From NCBI RefSeq assembly GCF_009834535.1, contig NC_045697.1, forward strand, positions 43,340,001 through 43,404,000: DNA of 64,000 nucleotides, read 5' to 3'. This document shows, piece by piece, positions 52,341 through 64,000 of the stretch; position 1 is the stretch's first letter, and every line of letters begins with the position of its first letter. The position numbers were made by a program, and so were the translations under genes. The DNA is from Camelus ferus (Eukaryota). Under the pieces are notes generated by a model. The model had not been told where the DNA came from. It worked only from the letters and a program-made list of their open reading frames with translations, and searched no databases.

Positions 52341-52634
52341 AACCAATTCATAAGCCATGGACAAGACAGCTGGAAAATGAAAAGAGACAGCTTTTGGAGA
52401 AATGGGAAGATTTATCAGTTCTCATTTTTAATGAGCAATATCCTTTTTACCATTCCAATTGGCTTGATTCCTAGGTTGGCTATTCAAGTGCAAGAACTAC
52501 TACACTGACAATCTACAGATAGGACAAGTATCCTAGCAAAAGCATCAGCTAAAACAAATACACTCCCATCAAAAAGACTCCAGGGCCTTATCAAAAGGAG
52601 ACTCACAAAGGAGTGGAGACCTTCCTTAAGCCAT

Positions 52635-53150
52635 CTGTTTATTCATCTACCAGATCAGCAAACATCTTCTGAGTATCTACTAAGTGCCAGGCACTTCACC
52701 GGGTACTGAAAATACGAAGATGAAGAAGACTGATACGGTTTCTTCCCTCCTGTGGTTGTACAATCTGTGGGAAAGGCTGGAGCAGAGTAAGCAAGCCATC
52801 TGCTGCAGATGGGTTTGGAGAGAAAGCACACACCAGGTCATGAAGAGCCTTGGAGGTCGTGGTTAGAAGAGGGTATTTTATTATCATTTCAATGGGAAGC
52901 TATTGAAGGCATGAGGCCCTGACTTCTCATTGCCCTTAGAATAAAATGATCCATTGAGGGTTCAAGACAATCAATCCATTCTTGCTGCTGCATGAAGAGT
53001 GGACCGATAGGAGGCACGAGTGGAAGCAGGAGTGCCAGTTAGAAGGTCATTTCAGAGTGCATGTAAAAGAGATCATTGAGTGGACCAGGGTGACAGCTGT
53101 AGAGATGCAAGAGCACAAATTCAAAGTGCGTTTGCATGGCAGATTCGGTT
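52635..53150 (-). mobile_element. L2 fragment
   Basis: tgagtatctactaagtgccaggcact...aatgggaagctattgaagg...gtggaagcaggagtgccagttagaagg. Confidence 0.8.
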
Positions 53151-53298
53151 TGCTGTAACTTGTTAGGATCAGAGTAAGAGCAGCCTCCAGCCTGGAAGAA
53201 TCTATATAAATCTTAGTCTTAAAGTCTTACGTATATTTGCCAGCTGGCTTTATGGACGGTCTCTATTCTCGGTATTGCAGCTTTGTGAATTCATTGAA

Positions 53299-53758
53299 TG
53301 TATTCGTCTCTCAGGGCTGCTGTAACAAATTATCACAAGCTTGGTGGCTCAAAACAGCAGGAATTTATTCTCTATAATTCTGGAGGCCAAAAGTGCAAAG
53401 TCAAAGTGTCAGCAGTGTTGGTCCCTTCTAGAGGATCTGAGGAAACCCTTTCCATGCTTTTCCTAGTTTCTGATGGCTGTGGGCACTCCTTGACATTCTT
53501 TGACTTGTAATTGCATCACTCCAAACTCTGTCTCTGCTTTCACATGGCCTTCCCTGTGTGTCTCTGTGCCTCAAATCTCCCTTTCTCTTACAAGGACATC
53601 AATCATTGGATTTAGGGCCCAACCTAAATCCAGGATGATCTCTTCTCCAGATCCTTCACTTAATCTGCAAAGACCCTATTTCCAGATAAGTTCACATTCA
53701 CGGACACCAGAGGTTAGGGCTTAAACATATCTTTCGGGGAGGACACAGTTCCACCTCT
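53299..53758 (-). mobile_element. MLT1A/B/C-like MaLR LTR
   Basis: tgtatt...gggctgctgtaacaaattatcacaa...ctgcaaagaccctatttcca...ggacacagtt. Confidence 0.92.
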
Positions 53759-54062
53759 GCCTTGAGCTTTTTGCTTTCTTGTGTGTAATATAACAATTAT
53801 ATCAAGTCAAATAAAATCATATTAAATCATGCTACTGGATATAATTTATAAACCAAAGTACTAGCAAATGATTATTATTAATATATTAAAATTATTTTAT
53901 TTGAAGGGCAGATTTAACAGTCAGCATATTATTCTACCATACACTTTTTCATAGTTGTTTTAATAGCAACAACAACAGTAAAAGGAGTTATACCACATTT
54001 ACATTTATCTAATTTATAATATTAGATTGTGGCTATAAATGCATATGCATCAATATCAATAA

Positions 54063-54166
54063 ATGAGAGAGATGGAAAGACGAGAAGAAGAGAAGGAGAA
54101 GAAGAAAGAATGAGAGAGAAAGAGGGAAGGGGGAAGGAATAGAGGGAGAGAGAGGAAGGGAGGGAA
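54063..54166. repeat. GA-rich low-complexity tract
   Basis: Directly visible. Confidence 0.9.
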
Positions 54167-54329
54167 ATCTCTCTATATATTATCTACCATTTCCCTTCTC
54201 TAGTCAGAGGAAACCCACTCTTTCACGGCCTAAAGAAGTGAAGACCATGGCAAAATGTAAAAAGAAACAAGAAGGTAGTTCTATGCAGCACTGAGCTCAG
54301 GGCTTTCATGACACTGTTGCGTGAAGTAT

Positions 54330-54510
54330 ATACCTCACAACCCAGTGATGTTGACACCACGTTCCTCCTCATTTTACACCTGAGCTTTACAGAGGTTATA
54401 TAACTTGCCCAAGGTCACATGGCTGCTGAGAAAGTGTTAGAACTGGGATTTGAACCCAGGTTTGCCTGATAGTTGATCTATGATGCCTGAAACCACAGTA
54501 CCATTTCACT
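54330..54510 (-). mobile_element. MIR SINE
   Basis: cattttacacctgag...taacttgcccaaggtcaca...ctgggatttgaacccagg. Confidence 0.88.
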
Positions 54511-54534
54511 GTTATTCCTGTGTATTATTTAAGC

Positions 54535-55330
54535 ATTCTTTCATTCATTTAACAAGCATTTATTGGATGCCTGTTACAGGAGCAAGAAACACAATGATGA
54601 ACAATGCACAATAGTCTCCTGTTCTCTTGGGGCTTACATTCTGGTGGGGGAAACAGGCCATAAGCCAACTATGACACTGAAATCAATGAAACTGGGTACA
54701 GTGATAAAGCAGGGTTAGGAAGGGGGAGCCCACCTTTGACAGCAGGTGGAAGAAAGCCCCGTAGAGAAGTGACCTTTGAGCATCAACTTGAATAAAATAG
54801 AAAAAAGACAACCATGAAGATTCAGGGGAAGAATATTCCAGGCAGAAGGAAGACCAAGTACAAAGAATCTGAGGCAAGTGTGTACTAGGAATGCCTGACA
54901 TAAGCAAGAGGGCCAGTGAGGCCGGAAGAAAGTGACAGGTGGAGACAGGAGGATGATGAGGAAGGCTGGGGCTGGGTCATGTAGTTCCCGGTAGAAGAAG
55001 CAATGACAATGGGGAGAAATGAGCTTATTCTAAGTGCAATCCAAAGTCCTTAGACAGCTTGAGGAAGGGGAGTGATGGGATCTGGGGATAACTTTTAAAG
55101 ATGCTCTGACTATGTTGTAGGGGACCAACTCTAAAGTAGATAGATTCAAAGAGACCAGTTACAATCCTGTTGCTTTCTTCCAAAAGAGAGGTATTGGCAG
55201 TACGTTGGTGGTGACAGAGAGGGAGAGAAGTCAGCTGATCTGAGTAGATATTCATGTGGACTTAGATGTGATTAGCAAGGGAAAGAGAGGAATCAAAAAT
55301 GATGCCTTGCTTTTGGCTTCATTAATCGTG
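54535..55330 (-). mobile_element. L2 (L2a/b-like) 3' fragment
   Basis: ttcattcatttaacaagcatttattg...gaatattccaggcagaagg...gagaggaatcaaaaatgatgcc. Confidence 0.9.
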
Positions 55331-55619
55331 CAGCTGCTTCACATCAAGGAAGTGAGGTTTGCAGTGACTGGCCTGTGCTGTCATAGCTGAGTGTACTCAC
55401 CTCTCCATTGCTACCCTGCACAGTTCTAAGTCCATCCCTCTCCTGCATCCCCTCCCGTTCCTCACAAGCCTCACACCTCCAACTGCTCCCTCCCCAACAC
55501 ACACACACAAACACACACACACTCACACACCATGTCCATCCCTGGCCATTTCTTCCTCCCTATTTCTGGGACATTTCCTCCAATGAATTAGACCCACAGA
55601 AATTCCTCCTTTACATCAG

Positions 55620-55800
55620 GATTTTAGCTCTGGAGAGACCTTAGAGACTGCCATCTCTGATCCCTTCATTTCACAGATGAGAAGCTGAGAAGAACCCAAA
55701 GAGAGAAATTTGCCTGCTCAAGGTCACACAACTAGTTAGTGGCAAAACCAGGAATGGAGCATAAGATTCTCTTGATACCCAGTCAAATTCTCTTTCCCCT
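55620..55800 (-). mobile_element. MIR/MIR3 SINE
   Basis: ccttcatttcacagatgagaagctgag...tcaaggtcacacaactagttagtggca. Confidence 0.85.
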
Positions 55801-56864
55801 CACCCAGGCTGCCTTCCAAACCTCCTTTCCCTACATAGTCCCTCTTCTTCAACAGGCACTTTATGACGCAGGATCTGCTTCTCTCATTTGTCCGCTCTAT
55901 TCCGTCTTTGCCTCCTGAGATAAGGTCAGGGACTGTGTCATCATTTGGCATCACACACAGTGCTGACTCTATTACTCAAGGCCGTTCAATACACTTAGGG
56001 GCTGGCTGATTGATGATGCTGCAGCCGCACATCTGCATACCTCACCTCTCAGGTTTTTAAGTCTACAGTCTGAATTTACATAGCAGTCAGGTACATCCAG
56101 TTCTGGTCTGCTCCAAGGAAGAAGTAAAATCTTGCTCATTTTATATCTTGACCATTATCGAAGGCTGTTAATGTGTCTGATCAAGCCAGCATAAAGGAAA
56201 TTGCCGTCACTGTGTTCTCTGATTCCTATTGCCATCTCTGCACAAACTGGGCAGAACTAGGGTCCTAGATTCTGTCTACTTGTTACTACATCCTGGACAC
56301 CTCATTAGTGATAGATGGCCTAATGCATTTAATATGCCTTCCAAGAAGTCTTTCTTATCACCCACTCTCTCCCAGGAAAGAGGTGGGGATGTAGAAGCGA
56401 GGGGGGCAGGGGGAAGTCTCTGAAATTACATTTTGGGTTTAGAAACAGCAAAGTCTTGGCTATGCAGAATGTGTTCACCATCCTTTTAGGAACACAGCCA
56501 GCATCTGGCCCCTCTCCACTCTCACTGATGTAAAATGATGGTTCTCGTCATCTGTCTCATCTGACGGCCGTACCTTTTGCCTTGTTCATAGGTGCTGCCC
56601 CTGAGCTTCCAAATGGAATCAAGAAACACTGCTCCAGAGACTAGTCTCAGTTCAACTCTGATTGCCAGCCTCATTCCAGATAACCTCCGGCTTCCTTCAA
56701 AACCAAGACCTTCGGTCCATCTCTAATCTGTTCTTGTTGCTCTGTTCTGTATTCTCTGAATAATACTGATCTCTAAATGGCCAATAGCAAATGATTATTC
56801 ACACCCATGCAGAATTAGTATTGCAACTATCTAGTCACATTAATAACTAGATTCATAAGTTTGT

Positions 56865-57110
56865 ACAGCTTAGGGGTTGAACGATCTGACTTAGGCATCA
56901 GGCAGACCAGAGCAAAACCTCAATTTTCTATTTATCTGTATGATATTGGGCAAAAAGTTTACCTTTCCAAGCCTCTGTTTCCTTGTCCATTATTTAGGGA
57001 TTAAATATATGTCCAAACAGGGTTGTGAGAATGCAGGGATTTAACACATGTGAACCTTTTAGTGCAGCGCCTGGCGAATAGTGACCCACTCAGTAATTAT
57101 AAGCTGCTCT
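56865..57110 (+). mobile_element. MIR SINE
   Basis: ttgggcaaaaagtttacctttccaagcctctgtttcctt...gcgcctggcgaatagt. Confidence 0.8.
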
Positions 57111-57275
57111 TAGCCTTACTGGTGTTATTGTTATAAAATAACAAAACGTTCCTGAAGTTTTAATAGTGATGGACAGAGTGAGAACAAGGGTATCTCTAGT
57201 GACTTTCTAATTTAGACGAGGAAACAAAAGAAACTCTGGGAAAAGTTGGGAACTGTGCGGCTGCTTCCCCCAGCC

Positions 57276-57387
57276 CCCCACCCCGGCCCTGTGGGTGGCA
57301 TGACCGATTGAAAAGGCTAATTGAGCAGCAACCCCAGATAACTTCAGGGATGATAAGTTTCACGAGCATTATCTGGAAACTTTATCT
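57276..57387. promoter_or_regulatory. Candidate GATA-factor enhancer (four WGATAA sites plus CACCC box)
   Basis: AGATAA 57336, TGATAA 57351, TTATCT 57369, TTATCT 57382; CCCCACCCC 57276-57284. Confidence 0.4.
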
Positions 57388-59459
57388 TGCCAACAAAAAT
57401 AAGCAGGGTCTCCTACAAAAAGAGTTTAAAATCTGGTCACTAAGCAGTGTTTTGAACAGCAAATACAGATGCACAGTAATATTTACGGTCAATTTACCAG
57501 AATCAGATATCAGATGACCTCTGACACTAGCCATCGCTTACTAAAGAGCTAATTAGCTGTAAAAATGAGGTGACAAGTCAATTGTATCAGCACAAAGGAC
57601 GAATTTGTCATGTGGGATTTCGCTGGTAGTAAGGCCTGCCATTACAGCTTCTGGGTGGCTACTTGGCCTACAAAGGAAGCGAACTTTCCCTTAGGGGAAG
57701 GAGGAGGTGGAAGCCAAGTGTGAAGGCCTGGGAGTACTCACATCAGAGTTAGGGTGAGACACATGGCAACCTCAGGGGCCTGGAGGTAGAAGGCCTCCCC
57801 GTGTGTCTGGCAGGTGAGAGAAGGCCTGCCTCCTCAGGACTGGTAATCACCACCAGAAACATTAGCTTGAGTACTAAGAACAAATGCTGTTACTCACTGT
57901 GTTTTCCCCTCTGCTGTGACCAGCAGAACTAAACTTTGTTTGCCACAAATGCATAGTCTCTCTGCTGATTCTTAAATTCACATGTGTTCACTGAGATGTT
58001 AAAACCACAGAAAATTTAAATGAAGGGGAAATCACTTATAATTCCTCCATGAACTCCTGAATAACCAGTGTCAACATTGTACAGTTGTTTATAGTGTTTT
58101 AGTAAACAAAACTGAAAACGAATTGTATATAGTTTATGGCCTTTCCTTAGTTCACATTATATCCAAAAAGTATGTTTTATGTTATCAACTGTTTTCAGTA
58201 ATATGATTCAAGTCATTTTATGATATTTCATCATATGGGCACATCGTGATGTATGTAATCCATGTGTTTCCATGCTCCCCAGCTTTCAGAGGTCATTCTT
58301 TCTTCAATGTTCAAATAATATCGTTCAATTCCCCAATGTGCCATGAAGAATACTCAGATTTTCTTACTCAGTACACCTGAGAATTCCCCAAAATGCCAAC
58401 CTGTTCCCGAAAAATGTCCTATCTGTTGTCATAGACTCTGACCGTACTTTTAGCTGGCTTCTAACCACTACTCTCTGTTCCAGCACAGACACTCACTCAA
58501 AGACACTTGGGCCCTATCATGCCTTCAAGCAGCATAGCCACCGTGAACTCAGCTTAGAGGAGAGGATCGAGGCTGGGTAGAGAAGATACGTTGCTTTATT
58601 CCTCTGCACCCACAGTGAAAATGGCCCCCCACTTTAAGTCCCTGAAGTCTAGCTAAAATTAGGTTGTAACATTATACAGAGTTTTAATGAAAGCTTACGG
58701 TTAACTTGGATCAATACAGAATGATTTTCTATCAGATGGGTTCTTCCAGGATTCTCCACATGGAAGAGGCTACCAACAGAAATTTCTAAGCATCTTCATC
58801 CCCAGAGTCCTGGCCCCATCTCTTCATTTAACTTCAGAGAAAGAGTAATATCTTCCCTCCCCGAATCCAGGAAACCTTAGTCTTTTCTCCCAGAATGATT
58901 AAAACCCGTGTTTTTCAGAGAAAACTCCTATCTTTACTCAGAGCCCAAGCAAGGTAATCACGAGAGTTGACCATATATTTCCCAAAGTCAGGAGTATGTG
59001 TATAGGGAGCACTGTGCCAAAATCAGGCCAACCATTTCACATTTTTCTCCAGAAGAAGTCAAAATACAAGCCCCTCCTTTCTTGATCTGATCTCACTATG
59101 TCTCGATAACAAATGTTTAGAAAAAGCATTCATACCTCATCTCTCAAGAACTGCAAAAGTTTTGAAGAACCAACCAAATGAAACTTACATTAGAGTAAAA
59201 AGTATTTCTATTAATTTCAAAACTCACTATCAACTAAAGATCCCCCCAATTTATAGAGCCAAGACATTTTACAACTCAGTCTGAAGAATCTGCATTCAAG
59301 CTTATGGTGACTTCACAGATTTTTTCCAAGGAAAGTTGAGAAATGCTCTACCTACATGTGCTGGCTCTACTTCTAAATGAAAATGATTAGCAATAATTGA
59401 ATGATTCTTCTGTGGCATCAAAAACACCAAAAGACCTTAAGAGTCACTTTAAAAAGTCA

Positions 59460-59899
59460 GGTATACATTGAGTTGTGTCCCTCAAAACAGTATGTTTAAG
59501 TCTAACCTCTGCTACCTGTAAATGTGATCTTATTTGGAAATAGGGTCTTTGCAGATGTAATTAAGATGTAGTAATAGATTAGAATGGTCCCTAATCCATG
59601 ATGGGTATCATTAGAAAATGATGAAAATTGAGACACAGTCATGTAGGGGAGAATGCCACGTGAAGACGGATGCAGAGATTATAGGGACAGATCTGCAAAC
59701 CAGGGAACTCCAAGGACTACCAGAAGCTTGGATAGAGACATGCAACAGATTCTCCCTCAAAACCTCCAAAAAGAATTGATTTCCCCAGCACTTGGATTTC
59801 AGATGTCCAGCCTCCAAAACTGCAAGAGAATAAATTTCTGTTGTTTAAAGATGCTCGTTTTGTGATGATTTGTGATGTCAACTCTAGAAATTTAGTACA
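59460..59899 (+). mobile_element. MLT1B/C-like MaLR LTR
   Basis: ttatttggaaatagggtctttgcagatgtaattaag...gagaataaatttctgttgtttaa...tagtaca. Confidence 0.92.
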
Positions 59900-59919
59900 A
59901 CTTGTATACTTATTTAACC

Positions 59920-60120
59920 CAGTATTTCTCAACAGGGACAATTTTGCCCCCCAGGAGACATCTGACAATGTCTAGACTGTCACAAATGGGGTCAATGCTA
60001 CTGGGATCCAGAGGGTAGAGGCCAGGGATATTGTTAAGCATCTTACAATGCACAGGACAGTCCCTGTAAGAGGAATTACCCAGCCCAAAATGTCAACAGT
60101 GCCAATGTTGAGAAACCCCT
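59920..60120 (+). mobile_element. MER20 (hAT-Charlie)
   Basis: cagtatttctcaac...gttgagaaacccct; perfect 8-bp TSD atttaacc at 59912-59919 and 60121-60128. Confidence 0.95.
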
Positions 60121-60750
60121 ATTTAACCTATTCCTTATTTGGGGATATTTTCTTTTTAGTTTCTTTACCATTTTTTTGCTGCCATAAATAATGGTGCAGT
60201 GTCCAGTGCAGTACACAATTACTGGTCAACCAATGGTAGCAGTTATCTAAAATTTAATTTCTTAGAAAACTATGTGTTCTCTTTTCCTTATTTTAATGGA
60301 CATTTTTCCATTTCCTGTCATTGTATTTGAATACTTTTTTGAAATAGAGTATAAAAACAATAAGTACATGAATGAATGAAAAAGCATGAACATTTCAAAG
60401 GTGGTGAAGAGGCCTCAGTGCCTCTTAGGGTTAACTTTTGATCTGTTATAATATTCTGCCTACATTTGCTCCATCCTTAAACTATAAGGAGGCTTAGGAA
60501 GAAGGTGTTTTTATCATAACTGCTAATATAAACAACATGTTATTGCTCCTAGTTTTTTTTAATCTGTAAGTGTAACAGTCTAGGATTTAAAAAATAGAAA
60601 AGTTTTTTTTTTAATGAGAAATAAATTGATACAGCCATGAGGCAAATTTTTCTACTAGATTTTCAAAATGGACAGAAGAGGTGATTACATTGAGGTATGA
60701 GCCTCAGTGTCCAGGACCTTACTGCCTTTTTCCATTGGCTCCCATGAAAA

Positions 60751-61446
60751 TGTTGCTGGTTAGGTGGGGGTCATAGTCTTCTGGGATGTTATTAGGCTGC
60801 ATGAACTTAAGATTCAACTACCAGTTGAATCTTAGTCCTTGACTGGCCAAATCTTCTGTTTAGTCCTTGACTGGCCAGTATTTTCTCTTTTCAAGGGTAG
60901 CATCTGCCTTTTACTGTACACAGCCAAGTACTCATGGTTTTATTTGTTGGGAGAGAATTTTTTCCGCACATCTTATGAGCAGAAGCACTAACCAGGCTTT
61001 GGTTCCGGGTTACCTTTTAAAGGATGCTTATATAGTGAACAGCCTTGAAAGATAGAGATATTATCTCTATGCAAGCAAAGGACAGATGTACTAACTGTTT
61101 AATAAAAATACTACAGGGCAAAGGTTGGACAGTTTACTTGCAGCCTGTTGTAAAAACTGTGACTTTTCTAAGCACGGGGTTCTTAGGCAGTGACACAAAG
61201 CCATTGTGTAAGCAGCATGTATCTGCATCCCTCCAAATGCCCCCAGGGGACTTTTGGAGGTGGGGCGCGGTCAAGGGGAATAAACAGGAACATGAAGTCC
61301 ATGCTGCTTGCTTGCTGTGAGTGATAAGGTCTGTTGTCTCTGTTCCGGTAGTCTCACGTCTTCTCCCAACATCCATGAAACTACGGCAGGCTAACACGTT
61401 AGCATGTATGCAGGACAAAATCTCAGACGCTTCACACTTCTTGACA
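60751..61446 (+). mobile_element. LTR of the MER21/MER68/MER77 group
   Basis: 3' end catccatgaaactacggcaggctaac..gttagc...aaaatctcaga..cttcaca.ttcttgaca; degenerate poly(A) signal near 61322. Confidence 0.8.
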
Positions 61447-62819
61447 TTATCCTACCTCTCAAAATCTATAATTCAGTTTATAAGACTGCCTTCCTCAGTG
61501 CAGCACCATTCTTATTTTCCTCCCTTTCTTCTTCCCCATCCTAGTCCTGTTGAGTCAGTCAGGGGTAACTGAAGTGTCAAGCTGGTGACAGGTTTCAGCT
61601 CCTGTAACTCTGCAGAGTAGAAGCTCTGGTCCAATCAAAATGCTACCATTATCTCCTGCAGCCTTGGACCCAGGTGGGACCTGGAAGAAGTCAAGCTCCT
61701 CAGAGGCATCTTAGAAGCTACTCTTCCATGCTTCAAAGGAAACGTCAATATACACCCCGAGTTATGTGCCAGAAAATGTCACCTGAGGCCCTGAACTGAA
61801 AAATCAATAGTCTAGGGACATGGAGGATGAAAACCAAAATGGCTGACTAAAAATTTAATTAAAATTATATGCATATATCTAATTTCTAGCAGAGTAAACA
61901 ACAGAGGTAGTGCAGAAGCATAGGAAGGAGAATGAGAAATCTAAGCAAAAACAATTTTTTTAATCCTAATCCTCTCTTAATATTATATAAAATAATGTCT
62001 TTGATGGTTTAAAATTGGGATGAAGATTTTACACATTATATCACCTATCAGAATAATACGTATGTCATCGCAGAAATAAGAGCAAACAGCAACTCAAGAG
62101 GCACAGTCAGTCTAGAGGGGCTGATAGCAGTGTGCTTCACCGGCTTGTGACAAAGCACAGCTGTCAGTTCTACCACACGTTCCAGGCACCATCTTGTTGT
62201 TGTCCTTGGGTCTCCCCAAAAAGTCCCTGTAGCTTGTGGCCAATAGCCATTTAGAAGAAACTGATAACTCCATTATGCCAATGGGCCCCTCCTGAACCTT
62301 CGTATGAGCAAAGCAACTACCATAATAGACATTGGTGGCAATTACTTCTATTACCAGAGAAGAACTTACTTCAAAGAAGTGTTCTCCACTTTGGATTCTA
62401 AAGAATCCAATCTACTTTCTTTAAGTAGCGGGAATCCAACATGCCTCAATGTTTGTCTACCATCCTTTAAGTCCTCAAGTTTACAGCCAGGGAATATAGG
62501 TAGCTCACTAAAGAATGGCTGAAACTAAAGTTAAAGCATTTCTGAAATTATAATTATGAAAAAGTAATCATGTTAAATTGACTCAGTGTTTTGGAAATAT
62601 GCCAAATGCTTAAAAATGAATAATGCCTTTTACTTTCTCCTTCAATATCTGTTAGCCAAAATGACAAAGAGTTTAACAGAAGATGTTACTCCTGCTGAAA
62701 AACCTGACATCACAGATTCACAGAGCTAACCATAGGCTCATCTATTCAACAGGCTGACTTTACAATCTCAGGTCCAGAAAGTTTTAGTGATTTGCCACCA
62801 GGTAACCATACTTCCAGAC

Positions 62820-63585
62820 CATTTTTTATAGCATTTATTCATTTCTATTCAAATTACATAGTAAACATGTGTCTGATGCAAAATACTTGGAAAATGCATA
62901 AAAACACAATTAAAGCAAAAATTGTAAATCATAATCCATGCACCCCAAAGTTAGCAACTATCAACATTCCAATAGTTTTCCTATGCATTTTTTTCCCACA
63001 AATTAGAATCATGCTATGGATACTGTTTTGTAACCTGCTTTTGCTTTCACATAACAATATACTCTGAAACTTTCCATGACATTGAATATTATTTTACTAT
63101 TTCATTCTTAAAAACACAGTTTTCAGAATATGAATATATAATCAATTATTTAACTTGTCCCCTATTGTAGGACTAGTTATTTTCAACATTTTATTATTAG
63201 AAACACTGTGCTCAATAGTCATAAATCTCTATGCACGTTTCTATTTCATTAGAATACATTATTAAAAGTGAGATTGCTGGTTTAAGTGGTAAAATGCTTT
63301 AAACTGCCAAGTCCACTCCACCAAAGAGTTGTATCAAGATTAACTTCTGTAGCATAGGGAATTGTATTCAATACCTTGTAATAGCTTATAATGAAAAAGA
63401 GTATGAAAAGGAATATATATGTGTTTATAACGGAACCACTCTGCTGTACACAAGAAACTAACACAGCATTGTAAATTGGCTGTACTTCAATTTAAAAAGA
63501 TTGGCTTCTGCCACACTCTCATCAACAGTAGTCATTATTATTTTTGAAACTCATTTCCTAATTGATAAGTAAAGAAAATGGAAAT
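62820..63585 (-). mobile_element. Old L1ME-like fragment hosting a younger L1
   Basis: tactgttttgtaacctgcttt...aaaagtgagattgctgg...; resumes after 63510. Confidence 0.8.
63350..63496 (+). mobile_element. Short lineage-specific L1 3' UTR fragment
   Basis: agcatagggaattgtattcaata...ctgtacttcaatttaaaaa; degenerate TSD aagattaacttctg / aagattggcttctg (63336-63349 / 63497-63510). Confidence 0.9.
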
Positions 63586-64000
63586 GGCTGATCTGCTTTT
63601 ATTCAATCACTCACTGGAACTTGATTTTATTTTCAGAATAAACACATTTCAACAAGACTTTATTTAGTTCTGCCTTATTTGTTGGAGAAACTGTAATAAC
63701 ATATAATTAATCACTGCCAAGATCCTCCCTGCCCTCTGAAAAATATAAAAATCTATACGCTAATAATTTAAGTATCTCATTGCAAATGAAAGTTTCAGTG
63801 GTTATTTTGCAAAAGTATCTTATTGCCGTCTTAGGGAGAAACTAAAAATTGCCATTGCAATTCTCTCCTACAAACGTAAGTTCAGAGAAAAGCTCCTCAG
63901 CATCACCTGAGATCTCACACTACTGCTCTGGCCACTTCTGCCCATCTCTGGCGAGGGCTTCTATGACGAGAATCGCCCTTGGAAGACATATGGGTGGTAG

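Noticed and set aside
1..64000. Prokaryotic or viral systems, CRISPR arrays, intact ERV or L1 ORFs, tRNA/rRNA genes
   Set aside because: No regularly spaced repeats, no long ORFs, no gag/pol/env, PBS-bearing internal region or cloverleaf seen; the sequence is ordinary mammalian non-coding DNA

Overview
Mammalian non-coding genomic DNA (AT-rich, CpG-depleted, no CpG island), most likely a large intron, 5'-UTR intron or intergenic region. The young L1 3' ends and the absence of Alu, B1, SINEC, PRE, Bov-tA/BovB and CHR-2 SINEs suggest a camelid, which is an inference. I found no recognisable protein-coding gene, tRNA, rRNA, miRNA or CRISPR array. The listed ORFs are short chance ORFs or repeat remnants; the one clear exception is the L1 ORF2 C-terminus at 5524-5748. 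Much of the window is transposon-derived: four young L1 3' fragments, older L1M pieces, many L2 and MIR copies, solo ERV1/ERVL/MaLR LTRs (several with TSDs), MER20/MER3/MER102 hAT elements and a Tigger transposase fossil. The best-supported structural observations are an L1 with a ~62-bp 3' transduction inside a 15-bp TSD, a 5'-inverted (twin-primed) L1, and a 68-bp templated copy of a MER20 end plus flank 3.1 kb from its source. A strong minus-strand exon candidate (7223-7331) and two motif-dense enhancer candidates are also present. I do not see evidence for a wholly new biological system. Repeat family names come from recalled consensus similarity, not a database search, and boundaries of old repeats are approximate.
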